A stretch of 61,393 nucleotides of DNA from Ktedonobacterales bacterium (lineage in GTDB: Bacteria > Chloroflexota > Ktedonobacteria > Ktedonobacterales > JADMIN01), in contig JBKQTH010000310.1 in assembly GCA_052143275.1 (NCBI GenBank), positions 1 through 61,393 of the forward strand. The letters run 5' to 3'. The notes beneath the pieces were generated by a model. The model was not told the origin of the DNA. It worked only from the letters and a program-made list of their open reading frames with translations, and made no database searches. A program made the translations under genes and the position numbers. Positions 37,706 through 48,700 of the stretch are shown here, in pieces. Every line of letters starts with the position of its first letter. The stretch's first letter is position 1.

Positions 37706-38701
37706 TTATGCGCTAGTCCTTCGTGTGGCGCCTACGAGGAGCCCTACCATAAACGCAGTGTGCTCGACGACTATCAAAGGATAGAAGCTTATAGCCCTCA
37801 TCACACCGGCGCGGCGCCACTGTTTCAGGGCTAGCATAGGCGCAAGCAGAACGGCTCCTCCGTGCCGCACAAATTCGGTCGCAGGGCTTCGCCCATTTTT
37901 CCAATTGCGGGATAGCCGTGCATTTCCTTTACCATAGCGATACAACTCCCTGGCCCACGCATATAAGGAACTCGGGGCACCATAGTGTCTAACGCGGCCT
38001 TCCGGCGCTAGTAACAGCCTGTGCCCAGTCTGGATGAGCCGGAATGAGAGATCTGCGTCTTCGCCCCATACACCAGGCTCTTCGTGGAAGCCTCCAGCCT
38101 GTAGCAGAGCTGATCGGCGAAAGGCAACATTGGGCGTAATCAGATATTCTACCTTGCCCTGCCGCACTCGATGCCGATAAAAGTTGACACACGTCAAATA
38201 TCTGCCGATCCAGCCCGGCGGCATTATATTGACAATCGAGCCACCAACACCGGAAGCGCCCTCTTGCTCCAGTACCGCGACCAGCGCAGAAAGCCAGTCC
38301 GGATCGGCTTCGCAATCGGAATCGATGCAGGCTATGATGTCGCCTTTAGCCGCCCGAATCCCGGCATTCCGCGCACTGGCTGGGCCGCCATTGGCTTTGC
38401 GGAGGAAAGAGAACTCGCCGGTCCAACCCTCGACGGCTTCTCGTGCAGCACTAGCCATGTCTTCGGTGGATCCATCGTCCACCACGATGATTTCGAAGCA
38501 GTTTGATGGGTAGGTTTGCGCTACGAGTGAGGTTACGCAGCGACGAAGCAATTCCAGTCTGTTGTAGGCGGGGACAACAACGCTGGCGTAAGGAGTGGTA
38601 TCTTGCATATCAGATGGTCTCGATTGAGAAGCCACGGTGAACCTGCTTTTGCGGCTAGCGCCTTTCTGGGCTACCGCAGGAGATAGCGGAACACTAGGCA
38701 T
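37706..38701 (-). CDS. GT2 glycosyltransferase
   Basis: ASVVVPAYNRLELL, IIVVDDGSTED and CIDSDCEADPDW are GT2 motifs. The true start may be ATG 38608 (MQDTTPY). Confidence 0.85.
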   Translation of the reverse strand: MPSVPLSPAVAQKGASRKSRFTVASQSRPSDMQDTTPYASVVVPAYNRLELLRRCVTSLVAQTYPSNCFEIIVVDDGSTEDMASAAREAVEGWTGEFSFLRKANGGPASARNAGIRAAKGDIIACIDSDCEADPDWLSALVAVLEQEGASGVGGSIVNIMPPGWIGRYLTCVNFYRHRVRQGKVEYLITPNVAFRRSALLQAGGFHEEPGVWGEDADLSFRLIQTGHRLLLAPEGRVRHYGAPSSLYAWARELYRYGKGNARLSRNWKNGRSPATEFVRHGGAVLLAPMLALKQWRRAGVMRAISFYPLIVVEHTAFMVGLLVGATRRTSA

Positions 38702-38771
38702 CAGCTGTACATTGAGGCCGAAGAAAATCTGTGTTCCGCTACTCGAACTTGTCTAGCTCGCTCTGGGTTAG

Positions 38772-38981
38772 CTACGGCTGGGAACGGACCTTCGGGGGGG
38801 CACTCAGCAAGCCATAGATACCCACCGCTACCAACACAACTGCGATAACGCCCAGGATAATGGCAAAGTGCGGAATAACCGCGAAAGCAGAGCGGAACAA
38901 AAAGTGCTCGGCAAATCCAAAGACCACCAGTACCACGGCGATCACGATGAGTGTAAGCGAGAGACCTCTACTCAATTTCAT
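38772..38981 (-). CDS. small two-TM membrane protein
   Basis: LSLTLIVIAVVLVVFGF and IILGVIAVVLVAVGIYGLL. It resembles 13633..13902. Confidence 0.5.
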   Translation of the reverse strand: MKLSRGLSLTLIVIAVVLVVFGFAEHFLFRSAFAVIPHFAIILGVIAVVLVAVGIYGLLSAPPKVRSQP

Positions 38982-39136
38982 CCCCCAAGTCTTGACAGGC
39001 TAATTTAGCAGCCACGCAGTTAGGCCACATTGAGGCCAGTGCAGAGTGGTCGTTGCAGTGACCGGCGCCTAGCATACCAGAAGCTAAACCGTATTGGCAA
39101 GACCCCTCTGATAAGGTACTAGCCGCCCTGAATGTG

Positions 39137-42100
39137 TCACGATATGCGTGTTACTGTGAGATTGCCGCTGCCTGAGAGGGTCACTGGCACAGTGGGCGCC
39201 GGCCCTGAAACGGAGATGACTGCGCCCTGCAGAGTGGCGTTGCTCACGCTCACGCCCGTGTGCGACAGTTGATACGTTCCTGGAGCCAGGTCTAAAGTCA
39301 CCTGATTGGAGATCCACATCCACGGCTCGATCGACATGTTCGGTGGGAAAGCTCCCTGGAATCCCTGACTCAGAAAGCGCGGCACATTAAGATAGTAGAC
39401 ATGCAAGTAGCGAGAGCTAAGCGAGTCTACAGAGGTGAGGTCGCCGGCCGCGAGCAAACCGGCGGTGATGGTCACCATGCGATTCGGGTACGCGTCGTCA
39501 TGGGTGACAAGCTGGTCGAAAGCGATAAGGAGACCCAGGTCTTTCTGGTCCGCCTCCGTGGCGATGACATTCAACGAATCATCCACCACGCCCGTCACGG
39601 GTGTACCAAGGAAGTGGATTGCGGTAACCTGCTGGCCGTAGTACGCCGGGCGGACCGGTTGCCGCCAGTACCAGGTCTCTAGTTTGTTCAGTTGCGCTAT
39701 CTCGCCCGGTGGGGCAGCAGCGGCAGCCGATGTATAGGGCATGTTGTTGGCGCCAAAGTAAAGCACAGTGAAAGCCAGAATGACGAAGAAACTCAGCGCT
39801 GGGCCTTTCAACCGTGCATTCAGGCGCACTAGCGAGACAAAGAGAAACGGAACATTGATGAGCGTGAATTCTAAGTCGCTGTTAGCCATTATCCGGCCGA
39901 GCGCGCCTCCACCAAGCGCATTGATGACTCCGACAAATAAACATGCCAAACCGGAACTGTCGAGGAGGATGGCGCCACCGGAAGCGGCGGCAAGCTCGAA
40001 GAAGTAGCCTCGATTCGAGAAGAGCTGGCTTGCGATGTTGAGTGGATGTGCGAAGGCGTACTTCATCACGCCCAGTATTCCGCCGGCGCCGCCGATTTGG
40101 GCATAGTGCTTGGCAATCTGATTATCGTGTATACCCGCGGCGCTCAGCCCAGCTTGCAGCCCTACATAGTAGCACACTCCAAGCACCGCAATTACCGCGG
40201 ATGCGCGCCGGTCGCCGATACGGAAGACCAAGGCCGTCACGCCCCAGAACGCCAGCACCACTGAAACTTCATCCTTGATCATACAGGTAAGTAGGGTCAA
40301 TGCGGCAATGATTAGGAGACGGCGGGTGCTTGTAGTCGCATGTGAAAGTACGACAAGCCCAAGCAATGCTGGTACGAACAGGATGTTGAAGTCCCAACTG
40401 CTTACGAAGTTGGCGATGACAAATGGATTGCACGCAACCGCTGCCAGTATCCCAAGCTGCTGCCAGGTGGCGAGCTTGTAGTAACGGGCCAACCAGACGG
40501 CCAATACTTCAGAGGCGGCGACCGAGAGACCCTGGATCAGCCACAAGGAGTTGATCCCTAACAGCGCGTAGAGCGGCGCAAGCGGATAAGCGATGAACTC
40601 ACCCGCGTCCGCCCAGATATCAGCACCTACGAATGGCGAAAATCCCAGAAGATGACCTCGGGAAATTTCGTACATGCCCTGCGCGTAAACGCCGGTATTG
40701 CCGACAGGCACACGCCACTGGGTGTACAGCAAGTGACCGCCCAGGAGATAGGCTATCACAGTTAGAAAGCAGAGTACTGCAGTGGTGATGGCAACAAGCC
40801 TTGACGCTGGCTGCATCTCACCAGGTAGCTTGTCTTCAGGTATTCCTGGCTTGGTTGATGTTGGCGAGTGAACAGCCTCACTGCGATCAGCGACGACTGG
40901 CGAGCCATGCAGTCGGGTGGTGACCACCCACCAGAATGCTTCGCCGAAGATCCTGACGGACATTTTAGAGGCGCCGACACGGCGGTCATGGAACGTGATC
41001 GGGGTCTCACGTACTTGGTATCCACTCTTCCACATTGCATAGGCCATCTCGACTTGAAAGGCATAATCCTCCGAGGTCGCGTGCTCCAGGTGAAGCGAGG
41101 CTAAAGCAGAGCTGCGGTAGCAGCGGAAACCGCTGGTGCAGTCATGTACCGGAATGCCCAACACTGCTTGCGCAAACCAGTTACCCGCACGGCTGATGAA
41201 ACGGCGAAGTGCGCTCCAGTCCGGAAGACCTCCCTCGCGGATGTACCGTGAGCCTATGACGAGATCAGCCTCTAGGGAAAGGTCAGCCATGCGATGGAGG
41301 CACCGTGGATCGTGTGAAAAGTCCGCATCCATTTCGTAGATAAGATCATAGTCATGCGTGATTGCATAGCGGAACCCAAGAACATAGGCAGTGCCCAGTC
41401 CTAGCTTGCCTTCACGATGGATTACCTGGACCTGGCGCAGGAGGATGGCGAGGGTGTCGGATATCATACCGGTGCCGTCAGGTGAATTGTCATCGATTAC
41501 CAGGATGTCAGCCCACGGCATTGCCGCCAGCACCGCATAAATAAAGCTCTCGATATTGCCCTGCTCGTTATATGTAGGCACAATGATAAGTGTCTTGGGT
41601 TTCCTCGCGGTCGGGGTCAACAGCTCCGCGGTTTTTCTGTCCGGGTAAGGGCCCATATCTGAGGCTAGGGGTATCTCATCCTCACCGCGTTCATACCGGC
41701 CACTCTCCGACACTGCGCTTGCGCGCGAGCGATGTGGGACAGCTGGCAGACGTAACGTGTCCTCCGGGAATCCTGATTGGAGTTCCCTCTGCAAGGCGCG
41801 CAAGCGTTCGATGATGGAGTCGAGCGGCGCTTCTTGCGCCAAAGTGTAGATGATGTCGCCCCCAGAGTGCGCCACGCCAAATTGGAGTGCAGCGGTCGTG
41901 GAAAGCTGTCCCTCATCTGACGGAACATGGCGGGCGCGTGAGACTTGGTTGAGTGGGGAGGTAGTGGCCAAGTCCAAAATGTCGGCGCCCCGCTCGGTGA
42001 CTGTGATCACCTCACACGGCAAGCGCTCCTCTACAACCACCTTACGGAGTCTAGCCGCCGCCGACCCATCATATAGCGGCATGACTACGGAAATCTTCAC
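39137..42100 (-). CDS. fusion: degenerate GT2 stub / polyprenol-phosphate-sugar synthase (Ppm1/DPM1-like GT2) / large polytopic membrane domain
   Basis: Central motifs are LIIVPTYNEQGNI, VIDDNSPDGT and EMDADFSHDP. N-terminal ~100 aa (KISVVMPLYDGS) are GT2-like but incomplete. The C-terminal ~550 aa have many TM segments plus a soluble tail. Confidence 0.8.
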   Translation of the reverse strand: MKISVVMPLYDGSAAARLRKVVVEERLPCEVITVTERGADILDLATTSPLNQVSRARHVPSDEGQLSTTAALQFGVAHSGGDIIYTLAQEAPLDSIIERLRALQRELQSGFPEDTLRLPAVPHRSRASAVSESGRYERGEDEIPLASDMGPYPDRKTAELLTPTARKPKTLIIVPTYNEQGNIESFIYAVLAAMPWADILVIDDNSPDGTGMISDTLAILLRQVQVIHREGKLGLGTAYVLGFRYAITHDYDLIYEMDADFSHDPRCLHRMADLSLEADLVIGSRYIREGGLPDWSALRRFISRAGNWFAQAVLGIPVHDCTSGFRCYRSSALASLHLEHATSEDYAFQVEMAYAMWKSGYQVRETPITFHDRRVGASKMSVRIFGEAFWWVVTTRLHGSPVVADRSEAVHSPTSTKPGIPEDKLPGEMQPASRLVAITTAVLCFLTVIAYLLGGHLLYTQWRVPVGNTGVYAQGMYEISRGHLLGFSPFVGADIWADAGEFIAYPLAPLYALLGINSLWLIQGLSVAASEVLAVWLARYYKLATWQQLGILAAVACNPFVIANFVSSWDFNILFVPALLGLVVLSHATTSTRRLLIIAALTLLTCMIKDEVSVVLAFWGVTALVFRIGDRRASAVIAVLGVCYYVGLQAGLSAAGIHDNQIAKHYAQIGGAGGILGVMKYAFAHPLNIASQLFSNRGYFFELAAASGGAILLDSSGLACLFVGVINALGGGALGRIMANSDLEFTLINVPFLFVSLVRLNARLKGPALSFFVILAFTVLYFGANNMPYTSAAAAAPPGEIAQLNKLETWYWRQPVRPAYYGQQVTAIHFLGTPVTGVVDDSLNVIATEADQKDLGLLIAFDQLVTHDDAYPNRMVTITAGLLAAGDLTSVDSLSSRYLHVYYLNVPRFLSQGFQGAFPPNMSIEPWMWISNQVTLDLAPGTYQLSHTGVSVSNATLQGAVISVSGPAPTVPVTLSGSGNLTVTRIS

Positions 42101-42734
42101 AAGTTCCCTCTCAAACGGGCTCTATACTTCAGTTCGCTTGCACATTAGGCCACTCCACCTGTGCTACTCGACACCGAACTCATCAGAGTCAGTGGAGTAC
42201 ATGTGTGTCCGTACGCCGGATCAGCCTTAGTACCAAGAATGACATTCCGTTGGCATGGTGACGTGGCAAGTGCTCGCATGAAGTTCAAACTCATTGCCGG
42301 GTGTGGAGTGATCGCATTTCGCCAATAGCAACTTCATGAAGTGTAGTCGCTAGGAAGCACTTCCTCGTAGCACCGACAAGGTTTAACACGTCCATTGCTA
42401 CGACGGAAACCATATATTGATGTAACAATTTAACCCGGCAGCGCCATAACTAGCTGGGTCAAGTGTCTCGAAAAGTCGCAGTCCGAGTTGCTGCTTGTCG
42501 TCTCCCAGCACTTCAGCCACTCTCGGTTACGTCACTTAGCTATTTACGTCTTACAAAAAGGCATGTTAACCGATGCTGGTTTCTGAAAAGATATGTAGCC
42601 GACATGCCAAGCTGTGACACATAGGTCGCTAGTCGCACCGATCTTTGCGATCAGACGACACACTCTACATTTGCTGAAAGCGCCACTGACCAGCTCTACA
42701 CCGTTGTCCTTAAATTGCGGAGGGTGGGCCTAAT

Positions 42735-45491
42735 TTGCGCGAAAGACACTATCCACAAAGACACGCTCCACTAGGAACCCGGCTTACTGCAGATCTAGAG
42801 AGTCCGAAATGGGAGAGTCCCCTCTCACGAAGATTAAAGGACTTCACGTGGCGCGACTGGCATGGCATCGCCGTACTACTGCTGCTAACTGGGTTGTTTT
42901 ATGGTCGCGCGCTCATTTCGGGACCTAGCTTCGGCCCATTTGACGTCATGTCCACGTGGCCCTTAATGCATGGGCTGTATCCTACCATCAGGAACTTTGT
43001 CAATCAGGACCAGATACGGGAAATGAATCCCTTATATTACTATGATTGGACCATGGTGCATAGTGGGCAATTTCCTCTGTGGGATCGGTACGTGATGCTT
43101 GGCATGCCCCACTTTTCCGACTTCCAGTCAGCCGTTCTCAGCTTACCAACACTGGTTTCCTACCTCTTTCCTGTCAACATGGCATACCTTGTCATAGTTG
43201 TTCTGTCATCACTCATTGCCGGCAGCGGGGCCTATGTGTTTGCTAGATGTCTACGTCTGTCTCCTATTTCGGCACTGTTTGCTGCGGTTGCGTACGAGTT
43301 TTGCGGCGCCCTAGTGGGATGGGGTCCGTGGCCACTGGGGACTACCAATTCTTACACCGGCTGGATACTAGCTTTTGGATATTTAATTCTGACGGAGAGC
43401 ACGCACCGCATCCGCAACACTGCGTTACTTGCGGTTACCATTGCGTTCGTGATTTACGCGGGACATCCTGAGTCTTACCTGACTGTAGGCTTCACCTCCA
43501 GTCTCGTGCTCGGACTCGTAGCTGTACTAGAGGTACGACGCCATCAGCGGAGCATCATATGGGTTGGCCGCGCCCTAATTTGGCAATTGCAGGCTATCAT
43601 TCTTGGATTGCTTCTGTCCGCACCGCTGATACTGCCGGGACTTGAGGCAATTACCAACGGCAACGGCAAAACTTCCTCGAGCTACTTCGGACTACCTCTA
43701 GGATATCTTTGGGGTCTCTTGGCGCAAGGATACCATGGATACCCCTTTACGAGCTCCCTGACGATCGGGCCGGTCAATTATTACGAGTCAGCCTGTTACG
43801 TTGGGCCCTTGGTGGTGGCGCTGGCCGTGGTTGCCGTGATCAGTCGAGGTGGCTTAAGCGCCACATACCCACTTGCCGCTGCGGTAATCGCTTGGCTCGC
43901 TATTGTCTTTGACTTTGGACCTATTCAAGCGCTGATCAACGCTGTGCCGCATTAGAATATTCTCGACCTCACACGCGGGCTGATACAACTGGATTTCTGT
44001 CTGTGCCTTCTCGGCGCTATAGGTCTCGAGGAGTTTTTACATGCGCGAAAGCCCAGGCTAAGTACGCTTGCTGTTCTCGGGTCGGCTGCTGTTATGTATG
44101 TGCTGTTAGTTATCGCTTTCTGGCAGACGAAGGAAAGCGGATTATCCGTGGCCGAGCGTGCCATACGATATGGCAGTCTCATTTGGCCGTTCTTGCTGTT
44201 AGCGGTGACAGTTGTCATCGCCGTGACGCGCAAGAATGGAAGCGCAGTAGCCGTGCGGTACGTGTGTCTAGGAGTCGTCGCTGTCCAGGCAGTATTTCTT
44301 GTCGCCTCTGGAATTAAATTGCCTGACTACAGCGCTTCGTATTTCCCCAGTAATCAAGACATGATGCAGGTGAAACAGATTGTAGGAAATGATCTGCTCG
44401 GGACATACAGCACTGGGTCGGCATTGCTGCCGAATGGACTCGGTTTCTTGCCTGAGACCAATATTGCGTATCACGTGCGCCAATTTACGGGATACGATCC
44501 CACTCTTCCAAACCTCTATTACCAAGCTTGGGCAGAAGCGAATGGCAATTCGGGATCTTATGCGGTCCCACTCGGCGGGCTGTTCAGCCCAGGCGTCACC
44601 AGTGTTCAGGTAGCTAGGGAGTTTGGCATACAATATCTTATTGGACCTCCAACAACAGAAATCACGCTTGTCAATAATCTGACCGCGCGGATAGACTCTG
44701 CGCTACGTGGCACGCAGTTTGACACACCAACGGGTCAAGCCGCCGTAGCTAGCGTTCTCAATACCTATCTGATTCGCCCGGATGTACAAGCGGCTGTCCC
44801 CTGGACCGGCCCGCTAACGGTGAGAAAGGTTTTCGCGTGGGCAGCTCAGTATGGTATTGACGACACTCCAGCTCTTCTGCCATATGCTTCAGTTATTAAG
44901 TCTCTGAGCGCAGCGTTAACTACCAGCAGTCGTCTTCAGCTCGCCCTGGGAGGCTTGGTTACCCACAGCTCACCACCGCCAGGGTTCGTGCAGATTAAGA
45001 CGACGTCGTCATTCACGCTCTACGAGGTGCCCGGGTCCAGCCAGTTTTCGTTTGACCCTTCAAATGGTGCCAGCGACGTACTGAGCGTAACATGGGTTAA
45101 TAACTATACCTGTAAAGTGGTGGTTGATGCTTCCACGTCCGAGTTCTTGATATCGCGCATTGCCGACGTTCCTGGATGGCATGCAACCATAAATGGTCGA
45201 TCTTCCAGTATCGCCATGCGGGACAACCTGCTGCAGCAAGTTGCCGTCCCCGCGGGCCGTGATACAATCGTGCTCACCTATTGGCCCAGCTCATTTACCA
45301 ATGGATTGAAGTTAGCGGCAGTTGGTCTTCTGTGGCTCCTGTCCTTATTGGGCTACGCCGCCGTCAAAAACAAAGTGTGGACGAGAACACAGAAGTTAAC
45401 TAAAGTAGCCGCCCGCGTCAGAAGTCTGGGACAGAAACTCGACACAGATCGGGCGTCCTTGAGCACGCGGCCAGTTCGCAAACTCGAATAG
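42735..45491 (+). pseudogene. YfhO-family membrane protein interrupted by a single in-frame TAG (43953-43955)
   Basis: Track ORFs 42735..43955 and 44094..45491 are in the same frame, and the 138 nt between them is open. The N-terminal part has YfhO-like features (GQFPLWDRYVMLGMPHFSDFQSAV). Confidence 0.6.
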
Positions 45492-45553
45492 CGTAGCGGC
45501 CGTGGATGGAGTTGATCTGGTTTGGAGTGTTGCGAATAGAGTGGGAGTGGAGC

Positions 45554-45723
45554 GCGCCACGAAGTACTGCCGGTCGTGACCGCAAAGGATTGGGAATGCT
45601 AAGATAGGCGCGGTGCACACCGTAATTGGTGCCGCAGACGGCCGACTACTGGGCCCAATTGATTGTTAGCTTAGGAACCACGGACGAGTAATCAATGGGC
45701 TTTGGTTGCTAGGTGAAGGTACA
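45554..45723 (+). promoter_or_regulatory. conserved leader, paralogue of 30941-31109
   Basis: Same conserved blocks. Hairpin TAGGAACCA (45672-45680) / TGGTTGCTA (45703-45711) has one mismatch and a different loop sequence. RBS GAAGG lies before ATG 45724. Confidence 0.45.
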
Positions 45724-48700
45724 ATGAACAATCATGAGATCGCCGCCGAGATTGCGGATATGCTCTCTTGGGACGGAGATTCGACACTGAGGCAGGTCGA
45801 GTCCGAGGCAGCACAGCCCGGCAGCCATGTAGTCAACGCATGGAGAGAGAAGAATCCGAGCAGTGACGACGAGATCGAACATTTCTATTCAGACGCCGAA
45901 TCGTACATCTTCGATCTCATGAGAGAGGCAGCCTCTGAGATTCGCTGCCAGTGGCGTGCCGCCGTGGTTGGTGCTCTCAGTCAGCATTGGGGTAGGGCGA
46001 CGGACGCGCGGGTGCTGGACTACGGCGCCGGTGTCGGCAGCGATACACTGTATTTTGCCGAACGGTGCCGTTCGGCATTCTATTATGACGTACCCGGCGT
46101 CATCAGTAAATTCGCTCTGAAGCGCTTTGCCCAGCACAAGGTCCCGATCACATGTATCACCAACACTGGTGCGTACGACGCCGAGTTCGACGCTCTCGTG
46201 GCGTTCGATGTACTGGAGCACCTCGTCAATCCTCTTGCGCATCTGGACGAGATGGTACGACTTACCAAACTTGGAGGTCTGCTGTTCCTGACTGAGTCAT
46301 TCGAGCAACTTGGTGAGAGTTACCCCTTTCATCTTACACGTAACGCATCGTTGGCCGGCAAGCTTGATGCACTCATGAACGAACGCGGATGCCGTCCCGT
46401 GGCTGTACTCGAGGGGTGCATTCATGTATACGTCAAGGGGCCTCCGGTTGCCGTGATCGTGCCTGTTTATAACGCCTATGATCACGTAGTCCGGTTGCTC
46501 GACAGCATCAACCACACTACCGCTGGCTATCCGGTTCGCTGGATGTTGATGAACGACGCTTCGCCCGACTCGCGTATTGTACCCGTATTGAACGAATTCG
46601 TAGCATCGTTTGGTGGTCAGTGCCAGGTAGTGGACAGCGTGGATAACCGAGGATTCTCGCAGACCTGTAATGCCGCAATGGCCGATACCGGCGGCGATGA
46701 TGTGATCCTGCTCAACAGCGATACCATAGTCTACGACGGGTGGGTGCGCCGGTTGCTCGAAGCAGCCTACGAAGACCCCAACATCGGCACAGCTACGCCG
46801 CTCAGCAATAATGCCTCATGCTACTCGATGTTTGAGTACGTCACTCCAAGCAACCACCTCAATGAGATGCTGGCTGAGCTAGAGCGGCCTTCACTGCCGA
46901 TTCCGGTTGGCGTTGGCTTCTGCCTCTACATCAAGCGCAAGGTGCTGGACCGAGTTGGATTGTTCGATCCTATTTTCGGCAGAGGGTATGGTGAAGAGAC
47001 CGATCTATGCTTGCGTGCGGCTACTGCTGGTTACCGACATGTGCTAGCGACTCGGGTGTTCGTTTACCATGCTGGGAGCGCGTCGATGATTGCGGCGAGT
47101 GTCGTTCGCCAGGGGGAGACGACTCTCGAGGAGCACGAACGCATTATCAACCAGCGGTATCCTCGGTTTGTGCCCGCGGTTCACGACTTCATCGGCAGCC
47201 GAGTTATCGAGGCGTTGGCGAATGACCTGAGCAAACATTACATCGTGCAGGAGTCAGCTCACCGGCCGTCAATCGCATTCGTTTCGCATGATGACGTCTT
47301 TTTTGGCGAGTTTGTCGGTGGTACGGCTTACCATATACGCGACTTGATACGGGAACTCGAGCGTGACTATGTTTACTACGTAATCTCGTCAGTGGCGAGT
47401 AACTTCCCGGTAACAACTCCTGAGTGGGGTAAAATCCGCGTCACCTGCTACATAGATGGAATTGTGCAAACATCTGTACCACTTGTCGACGACTACGCCG
47501 CCATGCTGGTGGAACTTAATCCTTCGGTCGTGCACATACACCATCTCATGTACCTGCCGCCGTCACTGGTCACTGCGCTAATTGAGTGGCACGGGCAGAA
47601 GATCTTTACCATCCATGATTTCTATGGTGTGTGCCCTCAGTATTACCTGCTGAATTACCAGCAGACCTACTGCGGCGTGCCGGAGCCCGACGAGTGTGGT
47701 CGCTGCGCTAAGAAGCTGCTCGGCACCGGCTACTCCACAGTTGCTGCGCAACGGCGTACGTTTCAGCGCTTGGTGGATTCGGTCAGTACGGTTCTTGCAC
47801 CTTCGAATGCTGCGCTGGCTGTGTTTCGTAAAGCGATTTCGATCCCGGAAGTGAAGGCGAGGATCATACCCCACCCGATTGTCGCGTATAGCTATGATCC
47901 GACGGCGAAGCATCTCTTCGCTCCAACACCTATTGCGCAACCAAGCATCCTGGGTCAGATGATGAGCGACCACAGCGGGCCCTCTACCCTCGCGGACAAC
48001 ACCCACAATGGTGAAGAACCCTCCGTGAAGACCATGGTCGAACCAGCAGAGGAAGCGAGAGCGGGGTCGAGGTCACTTCTCAAGCTCAAACCATCGAGGT
48101 TGCGCGTCGCGTTTATAGGGTACGACGCGCCTCAGAAAGGCTCGACGCTCATTCAAGGGATTGTCGATGGATGCTTGGACGATCCGATCACGTTCGTCTC
48201 AATAGGCGACATTGGCAAAGCTGCCGAGGGCAGAGAGAACATTGTGTTCACTGGACGGTACAGCCGGGAGGAAGTCACCGGCCTGATCAAGCAGTATGAA
48301 GTGGACGCGGTAATAGTCCCGTCTCTGTGGCCCGAGACCTATTGCTATACCCTCTCCGAGGCGTGGATGGCGGGTGTGCCTGCTATTGTCGGCCCCCACG
48401 GCGCGCAGGCCGAGCGTGTGGCAGAGACCGGCGCTGGCTTCGTAGTGCCGGACTACCGTGTGCAGTCATTTGTGGACGCCGTGCACAAGCTTATGAATGA
48501 CAAAGATTGCCTCACTACGCTCAAGCAGGCCACTGCTGCCGTGTCGATGCGGCAAGACTACGGTGAGTATGTCGAGCTCTACCGCCAGCACATCAATCGT
48601 GAGCCAAGAGCCACGCACTTCTTTTCTTCGCATATGGAGCAGGCTGTGATGAAGGGCAATGCGACCGTCAGGAAGAATCGAGTTGTCACAAGGCTGGTAG

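Noticed and set aside
43953-43955. In-frame TAG in the YfhO-like gene, together with TAG at the expected DsrE start (9670), as evidence of TAG recoding such as pyrrolysine.
   Set aside because: TAG terminates several well-supported genes in this window (ends at 24642, 25309, 26623, 9824 and 18959). No pyl genes are seen. Nonsense mutation or base-call error is simpler.
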